The notes beneath the pieces are model-generated. The model did no database searches. It was not told the DNA's origin and saw only the letters and a list, made by a program, of their open reading frames with translations. Both the position numbers and the translations under genes were made by a program. From an uncultured Pelagibacteraceae bacterium (GTDB lineage: Bacteria; Pseudomonadota; Alphaproteobacteria; Pelagibacterales; Pelagibacteraceae), in the NCBI GenBank assembly GCA_902579585.1, contig CACHHJ010000001.1:7175-71174 (forward strand): 64,000 nt of DNA, in the 5' to 3' direction. This document shows, piece by piece, positions 52,571 through 63,385 of this stretch (within the stretch, counting starts at the first letter, position 1; each line of letters begins with the position of its first letter).

Positions 52571-52987
52571 ATGATAGATAAATTTGGAAACGCATTTTAT
52601 TTAATAATTTACTTAGCACATTTTATTATTGTTGGTAGCTACGCTTACCAATTAGTATTTGATACCAAAAAATTTCTAAAGAGTAGGGGAGTTGATAAGA
52701 CTGCTACTTTGATCACAAGATTTGCAGGGTCGTTTATGATCGCTACTGTTTTAATGGCAATCTATGTTGCCTTTATCAGATCAGGTGGTTTAATTGCTAC
52801 TTGGGCTTTCTTTAATTTAGTTTTTATAATGAACGTTTCGATATTAATTACAAATTTTTACACACTTAAAATTGATAAGACAGGATTAACTAAAAAAACT
52901 AGAAATGATGGAGTTTATGCTCCACTAATTCTTGTTATAATAAGTGCAATTCTTTGTTACGGCTTAGCAGATAAAATTTATATTTAA
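52571..52987 (+). CDS. 4-TM hypothetical membrane protein
   Basis: 138-aa ORF with four hydrophobic segments, co-oriented with metF-AMT. Confidence 0.8.
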   Translation: MIDKFGNAFYLIIYLAHFIIVGSYAYQLVFDTKKFLKSRGVDKTATLITRFAGSFMIATVLMAIYVAFIRSGGLIATWAFFNLVFIMNVSILITNFYTLKIDKTGLTKKTRNDGVYAPLILVIISAILCYGLADKIYI

Positions 52988-52988
52988 T

Positions 52989-53621
52989 TTATTGAATTGT
53001 ATTTTTTTCATTTTGGTTCTCGTATAAACCAAACTTGATCATTTTGTGTAATACTTCTGCAACTTCATTTAAATTAGGACACTCTAAAATTTTTTGTTTT
53101 TCTGCAACAGAAAATGGCGAGATCATTGCTAAAGTAAAAATTTGTTGAAAATTTTTGAGCCTCGAAAACTCTTGCCAATTAATTAACATTCCTTGTTGAT
53201 CAAAAAATTTAATTGAGTCTTCTTTGAGTTTTTGTAATAAGTTTTTTTTGATTTCATTTTCACCGAACATCATATCTCCCTTAAATTCATCATAATTAAC
53301 ATAAAATTCTCTATATTTTTTATTATTATTTTTAATTTCTTCATTTATGCTAAATCTAGTAAGACCTTTTAAATTTATTAAAATTCTTCCGTCACCAGTT
53401 CTTTCATGTTTATCTATTTTTCCTAAACAACCAACCTTAAACACATCTCCATCCAGCTTTTTTGATTGTATCATGCCAATATATCCATCATTTTTTAGAG
53501 CATCTTCAACCATCTTCAAATATCTGTCTTCAAAAATATTAAGTGGCAAATTTGTTTTAGGAAAAAAAACTGCGCCTCTCAAAGGAAAAATTGATATTTT
53601 TTTTGGCAAGATATTTTTCAT
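52989..53621 (-). CDS. Stand-alone LON peptidase substrate-binding domain protein
   Basis: IFPLRGAVFFP..LPLNIFEDRY, VGCLG, DGRILI.L.G..RF, EKQKILE; likely start 53621. Confidence 0.9.
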   Translation of the reverse strand: MKNILPKKISIFPLRGAVFFPKTNLPLNIFEDRYLKMVEDALKNDGYIGMIQSKKLDGDVFKVGCLGKIDKHERTGDGRILINLKGLTRFSINEEIKNNNKKYREFYVNYDEFKGDMMFGENEIKKNLLQKLKEDSIKFFDQQGMLINWQEFSRLKNFQQIFTLAMISPFSVAEKQKILECPNLNEVAEVLHKMIKFGLYENQNEKNTIQ

Positions 53622-53629
53622 TAAATTAT

Positions 53630-56173
53630 TTATGCAACCTTTCCACAACAGTGTTTGTATTTTTTTCCAGAACCGCAATTACAAGGCGAATTTCTAGAAA
53701 TTTTTTGTTTTTTCTCAAATGGAATTTTTTTTTCAGAGTCACTGCCCTCCTTTTTATCTTGAACAACAACTTTTAAGTTCATTAAAAACTTTATAGTATC
53801 TACTTTTACTTTAAATAATAAATTTTCAAACAGCTCAAACGCTTCTTTTCTAAATTCTGCAAGAGGATCTTTTTGTCCGTAGCTTCTTAATCCAATAACT
53901 TGTCTTAGTTGCTCAAGATATTGAAGATGAGATCTCCATAAAAAGTCTAACATTTGAAGAAAGATCCTTTTTTCAACTTCATTATTCTGATCTGGGCCCA
54001 AAATTTTAATTCTTTCTTGTCGTATTTCATTATAAAAATTATCAATTTGCACATTAAAAGTTTTATTATCCATCTTACAAAAATTCTCAATTTGATTTTC
54101 AGAGAAAACATTTCCAAAACTGGTTTTTATCTCGCTTGAAAAAACTTTGAAATCATTATTGTTTTTGTAGTTTTCTAAAGCGGTTTTAACACTTTCTTTT
54201 ATCTCCTTCAAAAAAGAGTTTATCATTTCTGAAATTTTTTCTGTCTTTAATATTTTTAATCTTTGGCTAAAAATAACTTGCCTTTGATCATTCATCACAT
54301 CATCGAATTTTAATAGAGTTTTTCTAATTTCAAAATTTCTAGCCTCTACTTTTTGTTGAGCTCTCTCCATTGCTTTATTTATCCAAGGATGGTTAATAGA
54401 TTCATTTTCTTTAAGTCCTAATTTTTTAAGCATTCCGTCAATAGACTGTCCTCCAAAGATCCGCATTAGGTCATCTTCTAAACTTATATAAAAAGCCGAT
54501 GTGCCTGGATCGCCTTGCCTTCCAGATCTCCCTCTTAATTGATTGTCAATCCTTCTACTTTCATGTCTTTCAGTACCCAAAATAAATAGACCACCAAGGT
54601 TTTTAACTTTTTCTCTGTTATTTTTTTTATCATCTTTTTTTTCTGTATTTTTATTTCCACCTAATTGAATGTCTGTACCTCTACCTGCCATATTTGTTGC
54701 AATTGTCACCATGCTGATTTTTCCCGCATCAGCAACTATCTTCGCTTCACTCTCATGTAGCTTCGCATTTAAAACATTGTGTTGAATTTTATTCTTTTTT
54801 AATAAATCAGATATTTTCTCCGACTTTTCTATACTTGTGGTTCCCACTAAAATTGGTTGGCCTTTATTATTACATTCTTGTACTTTTTTTAATATTGCAA
54901 AATTCTTTTCTTTATCGGTTCTAAAAATTTGATCGTTTAGGTCTTCTCTGATCATTTTTTTGTGAGTGGGTATACTTACAACATTTAATTTATAAATATT
55001 AAAAAACTCTTCTGATTCAGTTAAAGCAGTACCAGTCATTCCTGAAAGTTTTTTGTATAATCTGAAATAATTCTGAAAAGTGATAGACGCTAAAGTTTGA
55101 TTTTCTTTTTGAATATCTACATTTTCTTTTGCTTCAATAGCTTGATGTAAACCATCACCAAATCTTCTTCCTTCTAATGTTCGTCCAGTAAACTCATCAA
55201 TAATCTGAACACTATTATTTTTAACAATATAATCTTTGTCTTTCTGAAACAATAAATTTGCTCTAAGCGCTTGATTAATGTGATGAACTAAGTCCATATT
55301 TTCAGGGTCATAAAAATTATTATTTTTTAACAAGCCTGATTGAGAGGACATTTTCTCGATTTTATCGATACCATTATCAGATAAAATTGCATTTTTATTT
55401 TTTTCATCTAATTCAAAATCCTTTTTTTCAAGAACAGATACGAATTTGTTTGCAAGGAAATACTTGTCAGATTTATCTTCTATACCTCCAGATATTATTA
55501 AAGGTGTTCTTGACTCATCTATCAAGATGCTGTCGACTTCGTCAACTATACAAAAATCTCTTTTTTTTTGTACCATCTCAGAAATATCGTATTTCATATT
55601 ATCTCTAAGATAATCAAATCCAAGTTCATTGTTTGTTGCATAAGTAATATCAAACCCATAATTTTTTTGTCGCTGAATGTCATCTAACTCATTAGTTATA
55701 CATCCAACTTTAAGACCAAGTTTAGTATAAATTTTTCCCATCCATTCGGAGTCACGCTTTGCAAGGTAGTCATTAACTGTAACAATATGAACGCCATTTC
55801 CACTTAAAGCATTTAGGTAAGCAGGTAATGTAGAAACTAAAGTTTTACCCTCTCCTGTTTTCATTTCGGCTATACAACCTCTATGAAGAACAACACCACC
55901 AATAAGTTGAACATCATAATGTCTCTCACTTAAAGTTTGTTTTGCTGCTTCCCTTACCATAGCGAAAGCTTCAGGCAAAGCATCATCCAACTTTCTGCCC
56001 TCAGATATGTTTTTTTTTAATTGATTTGTTTTTTCAACAAATTTTTCTGATGTATAATTTACAAAATCTTTCTCCAACACATTAATTTTTTGGACCAAAG
56101 GCTTAATTTTGTTTAATTCCTGTTGATTACTGCTTTTAAATAATTTATTTAATGCTGTAGTTATAAAATTCAT
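53630..56173 (-). CDS. secA: Preprotein translocase subunit SecA
   Basis: AEMKTGEGKT, VDEVDSILIDE, ATNMAGRGTDI, RRIDNQLRGRSGRQGD, SEC-C motif. Confidence 0.99.
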   Translation of the reverse strand: MNFITTALNKLFKSSNQQELNKIKPLVQKINVLEKDFVNYTSEKFVEKTNQLKKNISEGRKLDDALPEAFAMVREAAKQTLSERHYDVQLIGGVVLHRGCIAEMKTGEGKTLVSTLPAYLNALSGNGVHIVTVNDYLAKRDSEWMGKIYTKLGLKVGCITNELDDIQRQKNYGFDITYATNNELGFDYLRDNMKYDISEMVQKKRDFCIVDEVDSILIDESRTPLIISGGIEDKSDKYFLANKFVSVLEKKDFELDEKNKNAILSDNGIDKIEKMSSQSGLLKNNNFYDPENMDLVHHINQALRANLLFQKDKDYIVKNNSVQIIDEFTGRTLEGRRFGDGLHQAIEAKENVDIQKENQTLASITFQNYFRLYKKLSGMTGTALTESEEFFNIYKLNVVSIPTHKKMIREDLNDQIFRTDKEKNFAILKKVQECNNKGQPILVGTTSIEKSEKISDLLKKNKIQHNVLNAKLHESEAKIVADAGKISMVTIATNMAGRGTDIQLGGNKNTEKKDDKKNNREKVKNLGGLFILGTERHESRRIDNQLRGRSGRQGDPGTSAFYISLEDDLMRIFGGQSIDGMLKKLGLKENESINHPWINKAMERAQQKVEARNFEIRKTLLKFDDVMNDQRQVIFSQRLKILKTEKISEMINSFLKEIKESVKTALENYKNNNDFKVFSSEIKTSFGNVFSENQIENFCKMDNKTFNVQIDNFYNEIRQERIKILGPDQNNEVEKRIFLQMLDFLWRSHLQYLEQLRQVIGLRSYGQKDPLAEFRKEAFELFENLLFKVKVDTIKFLMNLKVVVQDKKEGSDSEKKIPFEKKQKISRNSPCNCGSGKKYKHCCGKVA

Positions 56174-56215
56174 TTTTAATTTATATATTATATAGTGATT
56201 AATTAAGATATTTAC

Positions 56216-57520
56216 ATGACAATAAATCTAAAAAATTTTTTAAAAGATAAACCCAGAATGTCAAAAATGGGGGAATTTCAGGAACTGCAAGAGATCGACG
56301 GTCTCGAGGTCTCCGCAGTTTCAGCAGATTTATACGGAAGTGGGAGAGATGATTTGGCTCTGTTTTATTTTAAAGAGGGAGCTAATTATGCAGCAGTTTA
56401 TACTAATAATTCTATATGTTCCGAGTCAATTACCTGGAATAAAGGTATCAGAAAAACAGCTATAAAAGCTTTAATGGTAAACACTAAAAATGCAAATACT
56501 TTTACAGGATTACAAGGTTTTGAGAGTTTAGAAAGTATTTCAAAAATACTTGCAAAAAACTTAACTTTGAGAGAGGCACAAAAAAAAGAAGGAACAAAAA
56601 GTGTTATTAAACCAAATGAAATACTATTTGCATCTACAGGAGTTATTGGAGAGAAGTTTCCAACACAAAAAATAAAAGAAAGCATCCCAGGTTTAGTTGA
56701 AAAACTAAGAGATAGACAAAATAAATTTATTTGGTTCAAGTCTGCTTCGTCAATCATGACAACTGATACAAAACCGAAACTCGCTTACGAAGAATGTAAA
56801 TTTGGAAATCACGATATAAGACTTTGTGGAATCGCAAAAGGCTCAGGAATGATAGCTCCAAATCTTGGAACCATGCTTTCATTTGTTTTTACTGATGCAG
56901 ATATACCTTCAATTTATTTAAAAAGTTTACTTAAAAAAGCTGTTTCAAACTCGTTCAATTCCATTACAGTGGACAGCGACACCTCCACTAATGATATGGT
57001 TGCTATTTTTTCTACAAATAAATTTAAAACTGGGAAAGTTTATAATGCCTTAGATCCAAAGCTGAAAGATTTTGAAAGTGCTTTACAAAGACTTCTTTTA
57101 AACTTGGCAAAACAAATAGTAAGTGATGGAGAAGGTGCAAAAAAGTTTGTGACAGTAAGAGTAATAAATGGAAGATCACAGCAAATGGCAAAAAAAATTG
57201 CTTTTTCAGTTGCCAACTCTCCACTTTTCAAAACTGCAATGGCGGGCGAAGATCCTAACTGGGGAAGAGTTGTTATGGGAATAGGAAAATCAGGAGAAAA
57301 AGTTTCTTTAGATAAAATTGAAATTAAATTTGGCGATCTTAAAGTCGCAGAAAAAGGAAAAATTTCTGATCAATACGATGAAAAAAAACTTAAGGAGTAT
57401 ATGAAGTGGGACTCATTATTAATAGAAATCAATCTAAAACTTGGACAAGGTTCTTACGAATGTTACACATGTGACTTTACCAGTGATTATGTTAAAATTA
57501 ACGCAGATTATAGAAATTAA
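56216..57520 (+). CDS. argJ: Glutamate N-acetyltransferase / amino-acid acetyltransferase ArgJ
   Basis: STGVIG, IMTTDT, AKGSGMIAPN.GTML, VDSDTSTND, DGEGA, DPNWGR. Confidence 0.97.
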   Translation: MTINLKNFLKDKPRMSKMGEFQELQEIDGLEVSAVSADLYGSGRDDLALFYFKEGANYAAVYTNNSICSESITWNKGIRKTAIKALMVNTKNANTFTGLQGFESLESISKILAKNLTLREAQKKEGTKSVIKPNEILFASTGVIGEKFPTQKIKESIPGLVEKLRDRQNKFIWFKSASSIMTTDTKPKLAYEECKFGNHDIRLCGIAKGSGMIAPNLGTMLSFVFTDADIPSIYLKSLLKKAVSNSFNSITVDSDTSTNDMVAIFSTNKFKTGKVYNALDPKLKDFESALQRLLLNLAKQIVSDGEGAKKFVTVRVINGRSQQMAKKIAFSVANSPLFKTAMAGEDPNWGRVVMGIGKSGEKVSLDKIEIKFGDLKVAEKGKISDQYDEKKLKEYMKWDSLLIEINLKLGQGSYECYTCDFTSDYVKINADYRN

Positions 57521-57945
57521 TGATTAAATATAATTTAAAGTGCAAAAACAAGCATGAGTTTGAGTCATGGTTTTCAGATTCAAAAGAATTCGAAAAACTT
57601 AAATCAAAAAAAATTATAGAATGTACTTTTTGCGGAACAAAAAATGTTCAAAAAACAATAATGTCGCCAAATGTTGTCAGCAAACAACAGAAAGAAAAAA
57701 ATTTTAAATCCTCAAAGTATTTTAAAAAAATAAGACAAGATTTAATTAAAATGAGAAATTTTATTGAAAAAAATTTCAAATATGTTGGTGAAAATTTACC
57801 ACACGAAGTTAGAAAGGTTTATTACGATAAAAGCAAAAATAAAAATATTTATGGCAAAGCCACATTTGAGGAAACTGAAGAATTGAGACAAGAAGGAATA
57901 GAGCTCACAACTATTCCTTGGATAGATAATAAAAAGGACAACTAA
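57520..57945 (+). CDS. DUF1178 family protein
   Basis: MIKYNLKC...HEFESWF, CTFCG, YVGE, IYGKAT. Confidence 0.9.
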   Translation: MIKYNLKCKNKHEFESWFSDSKEFEKLKSKKIIECTFCGTKNVQKTIMSPNVVSKQQKEKNFKSSKYFKKIRQDLIKMRNFIEKNFKYVGENLPHEVRKVYYDKSKNKNIYGKATFEETEELRQEGIELTTIPWIDNKKDN

Positions 57946-58667
57946 TTTTTTTTAGCGAGAAGAATATAATTTACAGAACAATCTTTACTTTTAGTCCAAT
58001 TATTTGAAAATAAATTAAATTTCAAACCAGTTAAATCTAATTTATTCAAATTAAGCTTATTAAATTTTTGTTCTATTTCATCAGGAGTTAAAAACTTTTG
58101 CCAATCATGTGTGCCTATTGGAAGCCATCTTAGAACATACTCAGCGCCAACTATTGCTTTTACATAAGACTCAAAGGTCCTATTAATTGTTGCAATGAAC
58201 ATTATTCCATTTTTTTTTAGAAGACCGGTTGCAGCAGTCATAAATAAATCGACATTTTCAACATGCTCGATCACCTCAAGATTTAATATCACATCAAATT
58301 TATCTTGAATTTTTTTTTTTTCAGGCGATGTAGCTAAATATTTTATATTTAAATTATTCTTTCTTGCATGGATCTTAGCAACTTCAATATTTCTTGATGA
58401 AGCATCGATACCAGTTATTTTAGCACCCAACCTACATAGCGGTTCGCTAACAAGCCCTCCACCACATCCTATATCCAAAAATTTTAGTCCTGAGAGGGGC
58501 TTATCATTATTATTTTTTAAATTAAAATGATTAGTACATTTTTCTATAATATATTTAATTCTTATTGGGTTAAACCTGTGCAAAGGTTTAAACTTACCTT
58601 TAGCATCCCACCATTCATCAGCTATTTTTGAAAACTTTTGAATTTCCTCTTGATTTATTGTAGTCAT
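57942..58667 (-). CDS. ubiG: Ubiquinone biosynthesis O-methyltransferase
   Basis: WWD..GKFKPLH, LDIGCGGG, EVIEHV, AEYVLRWLP.GTH. Confidence 0.97.
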   Translation of the reverse strand: MTTINQEEIQKFSKIADEWWDAKGKFKPLHRFNPIRIKYIIEKCTNHFNLKNNNDKPLSGLKFLDIGCGGGLVSEPLCRLGAKITGIDASSRNIEVAKIHARKNNLNIKYLATSPEKKKIQDKFDVILNLEVIEHVENVDLFMTAATGLLKKNGIMFIATINRTFESYVKAIVGAEYVLRWLPIGTHDWQKFLTPDEIEQKFNKLNLNKLDLTGLKFNLFSNNWTKSKDCSVNYILLAKKN

Positions 58668-58730
58668 TAATTTCTAAATATAATTAATTATGTTAATTTT
58701 AACTTAATTATTTTTAAAATTAAACCCAGA

Positions 58731-59942
58731 ATGACTAAAAAGGTACTTAAATTTGGCGGCACTTCAGTAGGATCAATTCAAAGAATTGTTCATGCGGCAA
58801 AAATTATCAAAAAAGAATATGATAAAGGAAATAAAATATTAGTTGTTGTTTCAGCAATGGCAGGAACTACTAATAATCTAGTAGCTCATTCCGAGTCAAT
58901 TTCAAAAAAATTTAGCAAAAGAGAATTAGACGTATTATTAACTTCTGGTGAACAGGTCACAAGTGCTTTAATGGCAGGAGCTTTAAATCAGTTAGGATTA
59001 CAAGCTAAATCTTGGATGAATTGGCAGATACCTATTATTACCGAAGGGGAAAATACAAATGCTAGAATCATTCAAATTATTACAGAAAATGTAAATAAGT
59101 ATTTAGACTCCGGCGGCATAGCTGTAATACCGGGGTTTCAGGGGATATCTAAATCTGGAGATATTACATCAATAGGACGAGGAGGTTCAGACGCAACTGC
59201 TGTTGCAATTGCAAAAATATTTCAAACCGATAGCTGCGAGATATATACAGATGTTGATGGCGTTTACTCATCCGATCCTAACAAAATACCATTAGCTAAA
59301 AAAATTGACAGAATATCTTATGAGGAAATGTTAGAGTTATCATCACTTGGTGCAAAAGTTATGCAATCTTCTGCAGTTCAAACCGCAATGATGAACAATA
59401 TACCAATTCATGTCAAATCTACTTTTACAGAGAGAAAAGGAACAGAAATAATTAATAATGATATTATTGATTATAGTAAAGCAGTTACGGGAGTCGCTTA
59501 TTCTAAAGATGACGCAAAAATTACACTTTTAGGAGTCGAGGATAAGCCAGGTGTTGCAGCAGATATATTTGAACCTCTTTCAAATAATCAGATTAACGTA
59601 GATATGGTGATACAAAATATTTCAACTGATGGAAAAAGAACCGATGTTACATTTACAATAAAAAGAGGAGATTGTAAAAATGCAATAACATTAATAAAAG
59701 ACAATAAAAAAATAAAGTATGAAAATATATATATGAATGATAAAGTATCAAAAATATCAATTGTTGGTGCCGGAATGGTAGCTACGCCAGGGGTAACATA
59801 TAAAATGTTTAGATCTTTATCAGAGGAAAAAATTAACATACTTGCTATCTCAACATCTGAAATAAAAATTTCAGTAATAATTGATGAAAAATCAACAATT
59901 ACTGCAGTAAAAAAGTTGCACAAAACTTTTAATTTAGATTAA
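58731..59942 (+). CDS. lysC: Aspartate kinase
   Basis: [26 protein letters not shown]; two ACT domains, STSEIKIS. Confidence 0.97.
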   Translation: MTKKVLKFGGTSVGSIQRIVHAAKIIKKEYDKGNKILVVVSAMAGTTNNLVAHSESISKKFSKRELDVLLTSGEQVTSALMAGALNQLGLQAKSWMNWQIPIITEGENTNARIIQIITENVNKYLDSGGIAVIPGFQGISKSGDITSIGRGGSDATAVAIAKIFQTDSCEIYTDVDGVYSSDPNKIPLAKKIDRISYEEMLELSSLGAKVMQSSAVQTAMMNNIPIHVKSTFTERKGTEIINNDIIDYSKAVTGVAYSKDDAKITLLGVEDKPGVAADIFEPLSNNQINVDMVIQNISTDGKRTDVTFTIKRGDCKNAITLIKDNKKIKYENIYMNDKVSKISIVGAGMVATPGVTYKMFRSLSEEKINILAISTSEIKISVIIDEKSTITAVKKLHKTFNLD

Positions 59943-59947
59943 TCAAA

Positions 59948-61042
59948 ATGCAAATTAGACCTCACAGAATAATAAATAGGCGCAAAACAAAAAAAATTAA
60001 AGTTGGAAAAGTTTTTATTGGAGGAGACTCCACCATCTCAGTTCAATCGATGACAAATACTATTACTTCTGATGAAGTATCAACTATAAATCAAGTTAAT
60101 CAACTTAAAGAAGTAGGAGCCGATTTAGTTAGAATTTCTTGCCCCGATCAAGACTCGACCAAAGCATTAAAAAATATAATAAAAAAAACTGATATCCCAA
60201 TTATTGCTGATATTCATTTCCACTATAAGAGAGCTATAGAGGCAGCCAAATCAGGTGCTAGTTGCTTAAGAATTAATCCAGGAAATATTGGATCAAATGA
60301 AAGGGTAAAAGATGTAATTAAAGCCGCTAAAGATTATGATTGTGCAATTCGAATAGGTGTAAATGCAGGGTCTCTTGAAAAAAAAATATTAGAGAAATAT
60401 AAAGAGCCGTGTCCTGAAGCCTTAGTTGAAAGTGCAACTTATAATATAAAACTTTTAGAAGATAATGACTTTTTTAATTTTAAAATTAGTGTCAAATCCT
60501 CTGATGTTTTTCTAGCAGTTAAAGCCTATGAATTGCTATCGAAAAGTTATGACTATCCTTTACATTTAGGAATAACTGAAGCAGGTGGATTGTTTCCAGG
60601 CAGCATTAAATCTTCTATTGGAATTGGATCTTTATTAATGAGAGGTATTGGCGATACTATAAGAGTTTCTCTATCAGCAGATCCAATTGAAGAAATAAAA
60701 GCAGGTTATGAGATATTAGGATCTTTAGGTATTAGATCAAGAGGTGTTCAAATTATTTCCTGCCCATCTTGTGCGAGACAAGCTTTTCCAGTTATTGAAA
60801 CAGTAAAAATACTTGAAAATAAATTATCACATATAAAAAAACCATTAACTCTGTCAATAATTGGATGCGTAGTAAATGGACCCGGAGAAGCTTCACAAAC
60901 AGATGTAGGGTTAACAGGTGGTGGCGAAGGTAGTAATTTGCTTTATCTGTCTGGCATTCCTCACGAAAAAATAGCCAGTAATTCACTTATAGATAAAGTT
61001 GTTGAGCTTGTAGAAGCAAAAGTCAAAGAACTAAAAAATTAA
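59948..61042 (+). CDS. ispG: (E)-4-hydroxy-3-methylbut-2-enyl-diphosphate synthase
   Basis: [41 protein letters not shown]. Confidence 0.98.
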   Translation: MQIRPHRIINRRKTKKIKVGKVFIGGDSTISVQSMTNTITSDEVSTINQVNQLKEVGADLVRISCPDQDSTKALKNIIKKTDIPIIADIHFHYKRAIEAAKSGASCLRINPGNIGSNERVKDVIKAAKDYDCAIRIGVNAGSLEKKILEKYKEPCPEALVESATYNIKLLEDNDFFNFKISVKSSDVFLAVKAYELLSKSYDYPLHLGITEAGGLFPGSIKSSIGIGSLLMRGIGDTIRVSLSADPIEEIKAGYEILGSLGIRSRGVQIISCPSCARQAFPVIETVKILENKLSHIKKPLTLSIIGCVVNGPGEASQTDVGLTGGGEGSNLLYLSGIPHEKIASNSLIDKVVELVEAKVKELKN

Positions 61043-61047
61043 ATCTA

Positions 61048-62121
61048 ATGATACCCATTGATAAAGTTAAAAATATTATAGAAAGATATGATTTATTAGA
61101 AAAAGAACTCTCAACAGGAAAGTTTGATGCAAAGCTTTTTGCAAAAAAATCAAAAGAATATTCAGATCTTAAAAATATAATTAACCAAGCTAAAGAATAT
61201 GTAAATTTTGATAAGAATAAAAAAGATTTAAATAATATTATAAATGATAAAAAAAATGATCAAGAAATGATAATAATGGCAAAAAAGGAGCTCGATACAG
61301 TTGAAAGCCAAAAAAATAAACATGAAAAATTATTAAAAATATTCTTATTACCTAAAGATAGGGACGATGAAAAAAATGTTATTGTAGAAATTAGAGCAGG
61401 TACTGGTGGACTTGAAGCTACATTATTTGTTTCAGATTTGTTTAAAATGTACGAAAAAGTATGTACTAAAAAAAGATGGAAAATGGAAATTATAACTATA
61501 TCAAAAAGTGAGGCAGGCGGTTTCAAAGAGATAATATTTTCTGTTAAAGGAGAAAATATATTTTCTTATCTAAAATATGAATCTGGAGTCCATAGAGTTC
61601 AAAGAGTTCCAAGTACAGAGGCACAAGGTAGAGTCCATACATCTGCCGCAACAGTTGCAATTTTACCTGAAGCAGAAGATGTTGATATAAAACTTAATGA
61701 CTCAGATTTAAGGATAGATGTTTTTAGATCTAGCGGGCCAGGCGGTCAGTCAGTGAATACAACAGATAGTGCAGTTAGAATCACTCATATTCCAACTAAC
61801 ATAGTTGTTACACAGCAAGACGAAAAATCACAACATAAAAATAAGTCGAAGGCACTTAAGATATTAAGAGCAAGAATTTATGAAGCTGAAAAACTTAAAA
61901 AAGAAAAGGAGCGTTCCAATGAAAGAAAAAACCAGATAGGGACGGGTGATAGATCAGAAAGAATAAGAACTTACAACTTTCCTCAGGGAAGAGTTACAGA
62001 CCACAGAATTAATTTAACACTTCATAAATTGGAGGAATTTTTAAGCGGGGATATTCATGAAGAGATGAATGAAAATTTAAGATTAAAAGATCAAGATTTA
62101 AAATTACAGGGTTTAACTTAA
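61048..62121 (+). CDS. prfA: Peptide chain release factor 1
   Basis: [12 protein letters not shown] (PxT), [19 protein letters not shown]. Confidence 0.98.
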   Translation: MIPIDKVKNIIERYDLLEKELSTGKFDAKLFAKKSKEYSDLKNIINQAKEYVNFDKNKKDLNNIINDKKNDQEMIIMAKKELDTVESQKNKHEKLLKIFLLPKDRDDEKNVIVEIRAGTGGLEATLFVSDLFKMYEKVCTKKRWKMEIITISKSEAGGFKEIIFSVKGENIFSYLKYESGVHRVQRVPSTEAQGRVHTSAATVAILPEAEDVDIKLNDSDLRIDVFRSSGPGGQSVNTTDSAVRITHIPTNIVVTQQDEKSQHKNKSKALKILRARIYEAEKLKKEKERSNERKNQIGTGDRSERIRTYNFPQGRVTDHRINLTLHKLEEFLSGDIHEEMNENLRLKDQDLKLQGLT

Positions 62122-62122
62122 T

Positions 62123-62965
62123 ATGAAAACTTTGCAGCTTTTAAATTTAGGATCAGAAATTTTAAAAAAAAATAAAATTTCGTCTCATCTAATTGACAGT
62201 GAAATTATTCTTTCTAAGATTTTAAATACTTCAAGAGAAAAACTTCTAACAAAACAAAGCAAGGTCAACTATAAAAATATTGCAAAATTTAAAAATCAAA
62301 TTGCAAGAAGATCACAATACGAGCCTATAGCTTATATTCTTAAAACAAAAGAGTTTATGGGATCTGATTTTTTTGTTGATAAAAAATCCTTAATACCTAG
62401 ACCAGAAACTGAACTATTAATTGAACCGATTATGAAAATCTTTAAAAATAAAAGTTTATTTTTTTTAGAAATTGGCATTGGTAGTGGTTGCATAATACTC
62501 TCGATTTTAAATCATTTGAAACATAGCCACGGGATTGGAATTGATGTGTGTAAAAAAACCCTAAAAAATAGCAAGATTAATATGAAAAAATTTAAATTAG
62601 AAAATAAGTGCAAGCTTTTTCATAAATCTGTTGATGAATTGTGTGGTATCAAATTTGATTTAGTCGTATCAAATCCGCCTTATATAATTAAGAGAGATAT
62701 CAAACGTTTATCCAATGATATTAAAAGATTTGAACCAACCTTAGCTCTAGATGGTGGAAATGATGGTCTTGACGTAATTAAAAAAGTTATTTACAAGTCT
62801 ATTAGCGTTCTTAAATTAAATGGTATTTTAGCTATAGAAATTGGTCACGGGCAATATAAGGCTGTGAGAAACCTTTTGATAGCAAATAATTTTAAAGAAA
62901 AATTTGTAATAAAAGACTTTGAAAACAATATTCGTTGTATTTTTAGCACGTTATTAAAAAAATAA
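62123..62965 (+). CDS. prmC: Release factor glutamine methyltransferase
   Basis: LIPRPETE, GIGSGC, SNPPY, ALDGG.DGL. Confidence 0.96.
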   Translation: MKTLQLLNLGSEILKKNKISSHLIDSEIILSKILNTSREKLLTKQSKVNYKNIAKFKNQIARRSQYEPIAYILKTKEFMGSDFFVDKKSLIPRPETELLIEPIMKIFKNKSLFFLEIGIGSGCIILSILNHLKHSHGIGIDVCKKTLKNSKINMKKFKLENKCKLFHKSVDELCGIKFDLVVSNPPYIIKRDIKRLSNDIKRFEPTLALDGGNDGLDVIKKVIYKSISVLKLNGILAIEIGHGQYKAVRNLLIANNFKEKFVIKDFENNIRCIFSTLLKK

Positions 62966-63025
62966 TTTAATAAATAAAAAAAAAAAAATTTAATAGATTA
63001 AATTTAGTAAAATATAATTATTCAA

Positions 63026-63385
63026 ATGAGAAATGATAAAATAAGAAGATTTAAACCAAGAAATAACAAATTTCGTTCGAGAAGACCCTCAAATGGAATG
63101 AATAATAATGGTGTTATTCATCAAAATAATATTCATAGAAATAGTTTATCAAGAAGTCATATAAATAAAAATCCTCATAATTTAGAAAGAATAATTGAAA
63201 AATATAAAAACTTAGCAAAAGAGGCCTTAAGCTCTGGTGATAAGATTTTATATGAAAATTATCTACAGCATTCAGATCATTTTTCAAGAATTCTTTCAGA
63301 AATAGGTCCCAGTAAAATAAAAGAAACTTTCAAAGATAAAGAAAATAATAAAGAAGAGCAAAATGTTGCTAACGAACAAAGTTAA
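63026..63385 (+). CDS. DUF4167 domain protein
   Basis: R/N-rich N-terminus, IEKYKNLAKEALSSGD..LYENYLQHSDHF; usual position after prmC. Confidence 0.85.
   Translation: MRNDKIRRFKPRNNKFRSRRPSNGMNNNGVIHQNNIHRNSLSRSHINKNPHNLERIIEKYKNLAKEALSSGDKILYENYLQHSDHFSRILSEIGPSKIKETFKDKENNKEEQNVANEQS

Noticed and set aside
62976..62988. A13 homopolymer upstream of the DUF4167 gene as a phase-variation tract
   Set aside because: Long A/T runs are common throughout this AT-rich window, and there is no evidence of length variation.
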